A stretch of DNA of 64,000 nt from Candidatus Zixiibacteriota bacterium (GTDB lineage Bacteria; Zixibacteria; MSB-5A5; GN15; FEB-12), in NCBI GenBank assembly GCA_049290195.1, contig JBATNE010000165.1, positions 1,074 to 65,073 of the forward strand, read 5' to 3'. Both the position numbers and the translations under genes were made by a program. Of this stretch, positions 16,717 through 25,763 are shown piece by piece. Positions within the stretch are counted from its first letter, which is position 1. Each line of letters opens with the position of its first letter. Below the pieces are notes generated by a model that did no database searches, was not told where the DNA came from, and saw nothing but the letters and a program-made list of their open reading frames with translations.

Positions 16717-19335
16717 TTAACGGAAATTCTTCAATAGTAGTATGTCGACATTCGAGGGACCCTTCGCAATCACGAATCGTTTCCCATCCGGCGAAAGCCC
16801 AAAATCGCGAATGGCGTCGCTGGTGAAACTCGTGAGTTGAGTCGATGCGCCGCCGTCGATCGGTATGCTCATCAGATTGGAAACGTTCGATCTCGTGTCG
16901 ACATAGATGAGATTCTTGCCGTCCTTCGTCCACACAAGCTTTCCCTGATCGGCATTCGGAGGTTGAGGAAGGCTCTTGATCATTTTTCCTGACTCAATGT
17001 CCAGAATACCTATTTTGGATTCCGTCCTGGCTGAATCGGTGAAGAAGCAGGCGATCGACTTTCCATCGGGGGAGATCGCATGTGACGTGATCGATTGATT
17101 GGAGATCTTGACCAATTCGCCACCTTCTACCGGCACACGATACAGGAGTAAAGGACCGGACCGCCACGACATGAGAACGATCCACTTTCCGTCCGGCGTA
17201 AATGACGGCAAATAGTCCTCTCCATCGGCGGTGAGCGCTTTCGCATTCTTTCCGTCGCTGTCCGCTCTCCAGATCGACGGAACTCCGCTGCTCAGAGCCG
17301 TATAGGCAATAGTGCGGCCATCGGGAGAAACTGTCGGATTCATCACGCGGGTCGTTCCCGAAACAACCTGTTCCGCGTTGGATCCATCGACTGCCGACTT
17401 CCAGATTCCTTCCGTCTCCGATCGTGCGCTGGCAAAATAAATCTGATCATTGGCACCCCAGGTTACTCCCATCGCCCCTTCCAGCTTCCCGGTGGTGATC
17501 TGTTTCCAGTCGTTTCCTGCCCCGACCCAGACGTTGGATCGATTTTGCACTTGCGATACAACAGCCGTTTGACCATCTGAAGTGGCACTCAGCCCAAAGT
17601 ACTGTTCGAAATCCGCAGACACCCGAACCGCTTCGCCGCTCGGATAATGCACCAAATAGATCTGCTGACTGGCTGATGATGCCTGACCCGCGGCACAGAC
17701 CAGGATGTCCTTGCCGTCCGGCAACCAGACCGGAGTAGTGAATCCAAGCCACTGGAGAGAGGTGTGCCAGACTTCCTTGCCGTCGGCTATCTGGACCGCT
17801 ACCAACTCAGAATGAATGCGCGGTTTCCATTCTCCTTTGCCGCACAAGAGCAGTTTACCGTCGGGTGAGAAACTGGTCGGTCCGAAATACCAGAACGCAC
17901 CCTTGCCGGAAACCAGAACTCGTTCATTGGAACCATCGGCATTCGCAAGCACGATGCCGAACTCACCGGATACTGGATCAACTCGCGGAAAAGCCATGAG
18001 TGATCCATCCGGCGACCAGCTGACACGACCATCGATCTTGCGAAGAACGGTTGTCGGAGTTCCCCCAAGCGTGGTAATCCGCTTCAGGCTCGCCTGACTA
18101 ATCGACTCATTTTCCAGAAAATAGATGTAATTGCCGTCAGGAGAGAATACGGCCTGTCCGATTGGGTTGTCGATTGGTCCATATATGCGCACAGCACTCT
18201 TGGTGGCAACCTGTCGGACGGAAAGGCTGTACTTCCCCCCTTCGGTCCGTACAATCGCAAGGTACTTGCCATCGGGAGAGATTGCACCGGAATAGGAAGT
18301 TCCATCTTCGGTCACCTGCGTAAACTGAATCTGCGCGCGCGGAGCCTCCACCGGCTTTGAAGACATCTTCATGATCAGCATGACCATCGCCGCGATAACC
18401 ACCACACCGATAGCAATCTTCGGCCAGAGCGGACTCTTCTTGACCGGGACCGGTGTCACCTGTCCGGAACTTCCGCTGATCGCCATTCGCTTCAGGTCGG
18501 CGGCAACATCGCCGGCGGTCTGGTATCGCAGCGCCGGGTCCCGCTGAAGTAGCTTGTCGACTATACGCTGGAGATCATCAGGTACATTGGCCCGATATCG
18601 CGCCAGTGGCTCCGGAGTGTCCATCGTGATTGCCCGCATGGTGGCGGCATCGGTATCCCGTTTGAACGGGGTCCTCCCGGCAATCAACTCATAGAGGACG
18701 ACGCCGAACGAGAAGAGGTCGGAACGCTGGTCCACCTCTCCCCCTTGCGCCTGTTCGGGAGACATATAAGCAACAGTACCAATAGTCGAACCGACCTTGG
18801 TTAGTTTTTCTCCACCCTGAATGGTGGCCAATCCGAAATCGACAATCTTGGGGCGGCGATCGTTGTCGAGCAGAATATTCGCAGTTTTGATATCACGGTG
18901 GACGATGCCGATTCCATGCGCCTTCTGGAGACCATCGCAAATCTGAATCGCCATATCGATTGTCCGATGCATCGGCAGCGGCGTGCCGTGGGCGAGGTCA
19001 TGAAGGTTCTGCCCTTCGACATACTGCATGGCGATAAACGGCCTTCCGGCATGTTCGCCGACTTCGAAAACCGTCACGATGTTGGGATGATCGAGTCGGG
19101 CGGCCGCCTGCGCTTCACGGCGGAATCGATTGACAAAGTCCTTGTCGGTCGCGTATTGCGCCGGCATGAACTTGAGCGCTACCCGACGATCGAGACGGGT
19201 GTCCTGGGCGAGATAGACTTCCCCCATCCCGCCGGCACCGATCTTTTCAACTATCTGGTAATGACCAACATTGGTCCCGGCAGCGAGAACGCTGACCGTC
19301 GAGGTGTTGTCGTCTTGCGGTTCCTGTTTTTCCAA
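16717..19335 (-). CDS. Ser/Thr protein kinase with TM segment and C-terminal TolB-like (PD40/WD40) beta-propeller repeats
   Basis: Hanks kinase motifs GAGGMGEVY, VALK, HRDIKTANILL, DFGLA and YMSPEQ. TM helix LWPKIAIGVVVIAAMVMLIMK. Repeated SPDGK/SPDGS/TPDGK propeller blades. Confidence 0.9.
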   Translation of the reverse strand: MEKQEPQDDNTSTVSVLAAGTNVGHYQIVEKIGAGGMGEVYLAQDTRLDRRVALKFMPAQYATDKDFVNRFRREAQAAARLDHPNIVTVFEVGEHAGRPFIAMQYVEGQNLHDLAHGTPLPMHRTIDMAIQICDGLQKAHGIGIVHRDIKTANILLDNDRRPKIVDFGLATIQGGEKLTKVGSTIGTVAYMSPEQAQGGEVDQRSDLFSFGVVLYELIAGRTPFKRDTDAATMRAITMDTPEPLARYRANVPDDLQRIVDKLLQRDPALRYQTAGDVAADLKRMAISGSSGQVTPVPVKKSPLWPKIAIGVVVIAAMVMLIMKMSSKPVEAPRAQIQFTQVTEDGTSYSGAISPDGKYLAIVRTEGGKYSLSVRQVATKSAVRIYGPIDNPIGQAVFSPDGNYIYFLENESISQASLKRITTLGGTPTTVLRKIDGRVSWSPDGSLMAFPRVDPVSGEFGIVLANADGSNERVLVSGKGAFWYFGPTSFSPDGKLLLCGKGEWKPRIHSELVAVQIADGKEVWHTSLQWLGFTTPVWLPDGKDILVCAAGQASSASQQIYLVHYPSGEAVRVSADFEQYFGLSATSDGQTAVVSQVQNRSNVWVGAGNDWKQITTGKLEGAMGVTWGANDQIYFASARSETEGIWKSAVDGSNAEQVVSGTTRVMNPTVSPDGRTIAYTALSSGVPSIWRADSDGKNAKALTADGEDYLPSFTPDGKWIVLMSWRSGPLLLYRVPVEGGELVKISNQSITSHAISPDGKSIACFFTDSARTESKIGILDIESGKMIKSLPQPPNADQGKLVWTKDGKNLIYVDTRSNVSNLMSIPIDGGASTQLTSFTSDAIRDFGLSPDGKRFVIAKGPSNVDILLLKNFR

Positions 19336-19524
19336 TTATCTATGCTCCCGGATATGATGATTTACCTGGCTGGTGATTGGGCCAATAAGGGAAGGCGTGA
19401 TGTCAGACCCAATACAAATCTCATCCCACGACGCGATTAGTGGACTGAGAAAGTCGATAATAACCCATCATCCCCATAATGTCAATATAGCGGGGGACAA
19501 TGGGCTTTCTTGCTTAAGTTGGGC

Positions 19525-22500
19525 TTACTTCGCGGCTCGATCGCCTGAAAGTCCGATCAGAGTACCCTCGGCCCAATGAGCCATACTCTTTCCGCTGCTG
19601 TCAACTGTCCTGAGGCTGAGGCGTCTGATCCCGCGGATGTCCACTTCGAGTTTGGCAACGGGACCCGTTTTCACTGGACCGCTGTCGTAGAGGAGTCGGT
19701 CGTTGCCATAGATTTGAAAACGGACAGGCCCCTGCCCGGTGGATTGGTCGTCGATACCGGCTTCGACCCGGAAACTCTGCCAGTCCTCTTTGAGGTCAAA
19801 GTCGATCCGGCTATTACCTTTGACAGTGTAGCAAACTCCAGGGTTGAGGCCGTTAAGACTAAATCCGCTTCCAGCATGGGCGAGACCGTGAGGATCGAAG
19901 TCAACGGGTCCTGACTCAATCATCGTCGGAATCATAGCAGAAAGGAATTTGACGACACGCGTGCTGCCGGCTACCTGATGTTCCAGCAGGTGAAACTCGG
20001 AAATCGTCACCGGTTTGACGGCTGTGACTGCCAGCGGATCAACAGAACCTTCTCCCGGTTTCGGGGCAGTGCTGTCGATTTCCATATCGTGGGTGGTCAA
20101 GACTCGGAATCGCACGACGCGGCCGGCGGTCGCTGCAAAATGAACCGTCTGCGTGCTCTCCAGTTGTGCCAGCGTGTCTCTGATAACCGGCTCTCCCCAT
20201 TCGCCGTTATTCTCGCCGATGTACAGCTCATACTTATAGGTCTGGCCATATTTCCAGTACTTGTCGTTTCGAGGAGTGATAGTGAATCCATCGATCACAC
20301 GCCGGTCTTTCAGTGAAAGGACGAATTCGTGTGGTCCGTAGCTGACCGACTGATCGCGAACTGTTCGGAACCAAGTAGCCGGGTTGCCATCGAACGCATT
20401 TTCCAGCGGGAATCCCGGTTCTTCGGCCGGCCGATTCACCACCAATAGATTGTCCGAAGAAACAGTTCCATCGCTTTTCGGTTTCTTCGGATACTGTGCT
20501 TTCCCAAGTTCCTTTGACTCGGCGCCGACAAGAGCGACAACCGTGTGCGGGGCGCGGACCGACAGCGTGTCGGTCTTGATGTACAGCACGCCGTGACGAT
20601 CATTGGTGACATAGTACCACCCGTGGGCGGATTTCGAGAACTGAGTCGAGTCTTTCAATCCGGCAAGTTGATTCCCATCGACTGTCACTGACTTGGGCAG
20701 TGCCGCCGTGTGTACTTGCAAGACAAAGAGGCGCTTTTCACACATCCCCTGGAACGATCCGGTGGCCGGTTCCAGATTGATCGCAACCGTCCCCTTTGCA
20801 CTATCATGATTCACCCGAAAAGTCTGCTGACTGAACGCGCCGTTCCTGTAAGCGCGGGTATGGCCGTCATCTTCATACAGTGTGTACTCTGAATGGCCGT
20901 GCGGATAGATGTCCAGCGTCAAGAGATCCTTCGGAACCTCTCCATCGTACAGAGCTGCCGGGTACATCGGGAGAATCGACCCGGCACGAACAAAGAGCGG
21001 AAGCTTCTCAAGCGTGACAGGATAATCGAACGTCAACCCGTTTGCGCCGACTCTGGTGACGGTTCCATCCCAGTAGTCGATCCAGTCCCCTTGAGGCAGG
21101 TAGACATTGTCGCGCCATCCCTTGCTGGCAGCCTGACTTCGGTAAACCGGCGCTACGAGCAGATCTTTTCCAAGGAGGAACTGATATTTCGCGGTACCGT
21201 CATTTGCATGCGGGTCGTCGGGATAATCCCACATGAGGCCGCGTACAATGGGGGCGCCGGTCAATTCCGCTTCGTGCGCCAGTGTGTACATATACGGCAT
21301 GAGCCGCATCTTCAATTTCAGGTAGTCTCGATTGATACTGCGATATGGTTCCTCGAACCACCAGGGATGTTTCCGTTCGTTCTTGGACCAACCAGACATT
21401 CCCATCAGTACCGGCGTAAAACATTTCCACTGAAGGTCACGCATATAGGTTTCGGGGCCACCGCCATAAATGCCGTCAACATCGCCGGTCGCATAGATCA
21501 TCCCGGACAGCCCGGAGCCAATCAAGGTCGGTATGTGCCAGCGGATATAGTCCCAGCTTCCGCTCTGGTCCCCGGTCCAGGTCACCGCATATCGCTGTAT
21601 TCCTGCCCAACCCATCACGGTCCAGACGAACGGACGGCTGTCGGAGTTATCCAGGATTCCTTTCGATGCTTCCATATTGGCATCGAGCGCAAACTGGTAC
21701 CCCTTACCGGTCCAGGCAACATCGAGCTTCTGCACCCGGGTGCCGGCCTTGCCGACTTCCCACGCGATCTTGTCGATACCGCTTTCAGTCCAGAGACCGG
21801 TGTGAAATCCGTATTTCTTCAGGCTTTCGACAACTCCGGGCAAATCAGTGTAACCGCAGCCATAACCATCATTGGGGAGAATCCATCCCCCCGGCATATC
21901 GAACTCGCGATACTTGGCCGCAACAGACGCTACGACATCAGGCGTGGTGCCGGTCGGTCCATCGGACCAGCCGGGCGGCACTGTCCCAGGTTTGTCGACA
22001 TTGTCTCTGTCGTTATAGCAATCGGCATCCCCAAACTCATAACCCCAGCGCGGCAGAAGCCCGGCCCGTCCGGTCAGCTGAGTGTATTCGTCAAGAACGT
22101 GATTGATAGACTGTCCGACCATGTAGTACGCATCGAATCTATTCTCTTTGTGCATCGTGGTCAGGTAATCAGTGGACCAGAAGTCATACCGGCCATCGGC
22201 CCAGGTATTCCGCAGCACGCCATATCCCTTGCTCGATATATAAAACGGCGCCGGGTTGGGGCGGTCCCCTTCTTCCCATCCGTTGGAGTACGCGATCTCC
22301 ATCACCTTTCCCTTGAATTCATACGAGCCGTTCTGCTGGCCGCCGCCATAGAACTGCTCGTCGGCGCTACTGCTCAGAGTCTGATAGCTCTCGGCTTCCC
22401 CCATCACAAGCGGCTTGAGTTCCTGCCAGATGACTGTTTTTCGGTCGGGACGATAGAGCGCAAACATGAGCGGGGTTCGATGAATCACCAGCGCAAAAAG

Positions 22501-22833
22501 CGAAGTTGAGATGACCGGCGACTCGCCGGTCGTGTCGAATGCTGCTCCGACCGGTTCCAATCTCTGGGGCAGGACAATCGGCGCAGCATGACTCCCTTCC
22601 CCCACCAGCGAATCTTTGGGAGCAGCCCAGATGCGGAACAGATCGCTCTTGAGGATCTGTATCTGAACGATCGCGCCGCCCGATGTTCGCAGGTCAAAGG
22701 TGTCGCCATGTCGACCAATTGTCGTGACATTCCCCATCGCTGCCGGCTTATCGGCGGCGGATACGAGAGTCGTCACGAAGAGTGCGGCGAGAACCGCCCG
22801 AATTGCGGAAGGGGCATGGGTGCGCATAGTCAT
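19525..22833 (-). CDS. Secreted glycoside hydrolase family 31 with C-terminal F5/8 type C (CBM32-like) and NPCBM-like modules
   Basis: GH31 core: KLDVAW, TWTGDQSGSW, ATGDVDGIYGG, RLMPYMYTLAHEA. Discoidin-like ENAFDGNPATWF. NPCBM-like tail VRFQIYGNDRLLYDSGPV...HWAEGTL. The start is set at MTMRTHAPSAIRAVLAALFVTTLVSA (signal peptide). The longer ORF to 23208 overlaps the divergent gene. Confidence 0.85.
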   Translation of the reverse strand: MTMRTHAPSAIRAVLAALFVTTLVSAADKPAAMGNVTTIGRHGDTFDLRTSGGAIVQIQILKSDLFRIWAAPKDSLVGEGSHAAPIVLPQRLEPVGAAFDTTGESPVISTSLFALVIHRTPLMFALYRPDRKTVIWQELKPLVMGEAESYQTLSSSADEQFYGGGQQNGSYEFKGKVMEIAYSNGWEEGDRPNPAPFYISSKGYGVLRNTWADGRYDFWSTDYLTTMHKENRFDAYYMVGQSINHVLDEYTQLTGRAGLLPRWGYEFGDADCYNDRDNVDKPGTVPPGWSDGPTGTTPDVVASVAAKYREFDMPGGWILPNDGYGCGYTDLPGVVESLKKYGFHTGLWTESGIDKIAWEVGKAGTRVQKLDVAWTGKGYQFALDANMEASKGILDNSDSRPFVWTVMGWAGIQRYAVTWTGDQSGSWDYIRWHIPTLIGSGLSGMIYATGDVDGIYGGGPETYMRDLQWKCFTPVLMGMSGWSKNERKHPWWFEEPYRSINRDYLKLKMRLMPYMYTLAHEAELTGAPIVRGLMWDYPDDPHANDGTAKYQFLLGKDLLVAPVYRSQAASKGWRDNVYLPQGDWIDYWDGTVTRVGANGLTFDYPVTLEKLPLFVRAGSILPMYPAALYDGEVPKDLLTLDIYPHGHSEYTLYEDDGHTRAYRNGAFSQQTFRVNHDSAKGTVAINLEPATGSFQGMCEKRLFVLQVHTAALPKSVTVDGNQLAGLKDSTQFSKSAHGWYYVTNDRHGVLYIKTDTLSVRAPHTVVALVGAESKELGKAQYPKKPKSDGTVSSDNLLVVNRPAEEPGFPLENAFDGNPATWFRTVRDQSVSYGPHEFVLSLKDRRVIDGFTITPRNDKYWKYGQTYKYELYIGENNGEWGEPVIRDTLAQLESTQTVHFAATAGRVVRFRVLTTHDMEIDSTAPKPGEGSVDPLAVTAVKPVTISEFHLLEHQVAGSTRVVKFLSAMIPTMIESGPVDFDPHGLAHAGSGFSLNGLNPGVCYTVKGNSRIDFDLKEDWQSFRVEAGIDDQSTGQGPVRFQIYGNDRLLYDSGPVKTGPVAKLEVDIRGIRRLSLRTVDSSGKSMAHWAEGTLIGLSGDRAAK

Positions 22834-22993
22834 ATATCCCGGTCTCTGAGTTTGTCGAATTATGGCGGAATCAGGGTCGATCGTCAATCGCGGATTTGAT
22901 CGGATACGGCGGTGAATAATCGACGCAACAAATCCATGTTCGGATTCGTCTTGAAGTAGTACGCCCGCCACACCAAGCTTCAAGGAGCCATGA

Positions 22994-23512
22994 ATGAACC
23001 GAAGAGAATTTGTCACCCGGACCGCCGCAGGTGCCGCCGGATTTTTGGTCCTTCCCTCCCTCTCATTCGCGCAAGCAACACAGCCGGCCACGGACAAGCC
23101 GCCGCAACTGGCTCCGGATATGGTCAGAGAATTCGTTATCGCCGGACATGGCAACCTGGACAAAGTGAAGTCGATGCTGGCGGAGCATCCAAACCTCTTG
23201 TATGCCATGTGGGACTGGGGCGGCGGGGATTTTGAGACGGCATTCGAGGGGGCCGGTCACATGGGACGGAAAGACATTGCCAACTTTCTTATCAGTGAGG
23301 GATGTCGCCCGAATGTCTTCATCCTCACCATGCTCGGCCAGACGAAAATCGTCAAAGCGATTCTCGAAGTCTATCCGCATCTATTGAATGCCAAGGGTCC
23401 GCACGGCCTGACGCTCTTGCATCATGCCCAAAAGGGGGAAGCCGACGCTGCTGAATTGCTTGAATACATTTCAGGCAAAGGGCTCAAAGAGACGAAAGCC
23501 AGTATGTACTGA
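22994..23512 (+). CDS. Tat-signal ankyrin-repeat protein
   Basis: Twin-arginine N-terminus MNRREFVTRTAAGAAGFLVL. Ankyrin-like repeats: GHGNLDKVKSMLAEHPNLL, GHMGRKDIANFLISEGCRPN, GLTLLHHAQKG. Confidence 0.72.
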   Translation: MNRREFVTRTAAGAAGFLVLPSLSFAQATQPATDKPPQLAPDMVREFVIAGHGNLDKVKSMLAEHPNLLYAMWDWGGGDFETAFEGAGHMGRKDIANFLISEGCRPNVFILTMLGQTKIVKAILEVYPHLLNAKGPHGLTLLHHAQKGEADAAELLEYISGKGLKETKASMY

Positions 23513-23672
23513 TAGTCAATCAAGCAGGGTACCCACTTCCCCCTTTGATCGGCGCTCACCCAATTAGACTGGCAACTAATGCGCCCATCAGCCGTAACAA
23601 TGCCATGACCAGTTGCTCGCCTGCGCGATCGCACCCACTCCCCCACGTCGCGAAATACTTTCAGAGGCGGTT

Positions 23673-24614
23673 ATGGTAAAGAAATTGGTGATACGAGGTA
23701 CTCTCGCCGTGGTTTTGCTTGCCGTTAGTTTTCTCGGCTACAACATCTTCACGTCCCAAAGAGCCGACTACAGCTGGGACGCCGCGGTCCCCAACCCCGC
23801 ATTCGTCGCAACTCATCCCAAAGTTGTGATTGATCAGGCCCATAATAATGCTTCAACTGCCGACTGGACCAGCCGCTACTACCCGCTGGCGAAATTACTT
23901 CGGAACGACGGCTATGATGTCTCCAAGGGGATTGAACTTTTCACCCCTGCAAGTCTTGGTGATATCGACGTACTGATCATCGCCAACGCATCCGGCGCCC
24001 CCAAGCCGCAGATGTTCGGAATCAACCTTCCGGTCAGCGTTGCCGGCAAGCGCGAAGATCCGGCATTTGGTTCGTCCGAAATCGAAGCTGTCAGGGACTG
24101 GGTGAACAGCGGAGGATCACTGCTTTTGATTGCGGACCATCTTCCGTTTGGTGCCGCCAATGCCGCCATGGGACAGGCGTTTGGAGTAAAGATGTATCAG
24201 GGATATGTGGAAATTCCGAACGAAGTCTCCGACCCGCTTCTCTTTTCGAGTGAGAATGGTCGCCTTGGAAACCATCCCATCCTTTCTGGCACGGGAACCG
24301 AGTCAGCCGTTCATCGTGTCATGACCTTCACCGGACAATCGCTCGATGGTCCCCCCGAAGGTATCCCGCTGTTGATTCTCCCTGATTCTGCGATTGAATA
24401 TGTGGCAAGCGGGGACACACTTGCTCCGACACGAGCCGGAACCACTCAGGGATTGGCGCTGGAATATGGGCAAGGGAGAGTAGTTGTACTGGGTGAAGCT
24501 GCCATGATGACCGCGCAGGTATATGACAACAAACCGTTTGGAATGAATCTCCCCGACAACGATAACCGCCAACTGGCGCTCAATATTTTGCACTGGCTCT
24601 CCCGCAAGCTCTAA
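23673..24614 (+). CDS. Membrane-anchored hypothetical protein (possible DUF4350-like / amidotransferase-like fold)
   Basis: ATG 23673 gives MVKKLVIRGTLAVVLLAVSFLGYNIF (N-terminal anchor). Conserved-looking segment WVNSGGSLLLIADHLPFGAAN. The family assignment is tentative and from memory. Confidence 0.55.
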   Translation: MVKKLVIRGTLAVVLLAVSFLGYNIFTSQRADYSWDAAVPNPAFVATHPKVVIDQAHNNASTADWTSRYYPLAKLLRNDGYDVSKGIELFTPASLGDIDVLIIANASGAPKPQMFGINLPVSVAGKREDPAFGSSEIEAVRDWVNSGGSLLLIADHLPFGAANAAMGQAFGVKMYQGYVEIPNEVSDPLLFSSENGRLGNHPILSGTGTESAVHRVMTFTGQSLDGPPEGIPLLILPDSAIEYVASGDTLAPTRAGTTQGLALEYGQGRVVVLGEAAMMTAQVYDNKPFGMNLPDNDNRQLALNILHWLSRKL

Positions 24615-24647
24615 CCGGAGCATCGGCCGACCAGCGGTGCAGACTGG

Positions 24648-25499
24648 CTACGACACTGCTTCGGGAGCCATGCCGACATATGATGCCAGCTGATCGGAAA
24701 GCCCAAGCTTATCGGTGAGGCCGCGGTCAAAGGCCGACCGGGCGCTCCCGCCATGATGCTGGAGGCGATCCTGTTCAGAGGCATACGCAATATGCACTGC
24801 GGCACAGGAATCGAGCTGGTTCTTTCCCCATTTCGACGGACAGTAGTGTACCGCGACGGCATCGATAATCTTCTCAGGCAATTTCCACGTTTCCAACAGG
24901 AATGCCCCGATCGCCGCATCATCGGCACCAAGTTCCATTTCCTGGGCTTCATGCATCGGGATCGAATCCCTCTCACTGCGGGCCAGAACTCGCTTGAATT
25001 CTTCGGTGAAATTGGTCAACAGCACGAGCTTGCCGATATCGTGAAGCAGCCCCGATGTCAGAGCATAATCGACTTCATTGCGCGGCAGACCGAATGAATA
25101 GGCGATAAAGCGGGACTTCGCTCCCACGCCCACGGCGCGGTCGTAGATTTCTTTAGGCGAATAACCGGGAATCTTGGCGTTTCCTTCGCCTTTGTAAACG
25201 CTGGCAGTGAGGACAATTCCCTTCACCGTTTCGACTCCAAGCAGATTAACCGCCTGCAAGACCGACTCAACCCGGGTCTTCAGTCCAAAGTAGGCGGAAT
25301 TGATCATGTGCAGGAGCTTGGCCGATATCGCTACATCGTGAGAAATGATTGCTGCAACATCGTGCATATTGGGATTGGGCTTGGAAAGCTCGGTACACAG
25401 TTTCGTGTATACTTCGGGAAGAGTCGGAAGATTCTCGATAGCTTCGATTCGTCTTCGGAGTTCGGGATCGGTGATATACTGGCCGGTGAAGTGGGGCAT
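24648..25499 (-). CDS. HDOD domain protein
   Basis: LPTLPEVYTKLCTELSKPNPNMHDVAAIISHDVAISAKLLHMINSAYFGL and later LLHDIGKLVL are typical HDOD motifs. Confidence 0.85.
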   Translation of the reverse strand: MPHFTGQYITDPELRRRIEAIENLPTLPEVYTKLCTELSKPNPNMHDVAAIISHDVAISAKLLHMINSAYFGLKTRVESVLQAVNLLGVETVKGIVLTASVYKGEGNAKIPGYSPKEIYDRAVGVGAKSRFIAYSFGLPRNEVDYALTSGLLHDIGKLVLLTNFTEEFKRVLARSERDSIPMHEAQEMELGADDAAIGAFLLETWKLPEKIIDAVAVHYCPSKWGKNQLDSCAAVHIAYASEQDRLQHHGGSARSAFDRGLTDKLGLSDQLASYVGMAPEAVS

Positions 25500-25763
25500 A
25501 GCTTCTCCTTAACCTCGGATTCAAAACGTTTCAGCTCTAGTCGTCGCCGATATCGACATCGCCCGGACTGGCAACGCGATCTGACCGTTTTTGAACACCA
25601 CCTCGTGCTCAAAATGGCAGCGGCTGGTTCCCCCCTTCACGGCTTCAGAAGCCGCGTTTTGGCTTGCGGCCCTGTACAGGTAAGTATCGGCAGTTTCGGC
25701 GCACAATTTATGGGCAGAAAATCAACCGAGCAGATTGTCAAATTACTGCCGGTTTGGGGATGG

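Noticed and set aside
20893-22509. A 538-aa ORF on the plus strand. Other long ORFs of the same kind are 39843-41030, 15636-16652, 26454-27500, 30918-31979, 59451-60398, 25308-26153, 57881-58597, 61921-62733 and 52889-53488.
   Set aside because: Each lies fully antisense to a gene with strong family motifs. Their translations are Arg/Pro/Gly/His-rich low-complexity text, typical of shadow ORFs in GC-rich DNA. No domain motifs are recognisable.
22834-23208. N-terminal 125-codon extension of the GH31 ORF
   Set aside because: The extension overlaps the divergent Tat-ankyrin gene and its promoter region. It has no protein-like character. The internal MTMRTH… start gives a proper signal peptide.
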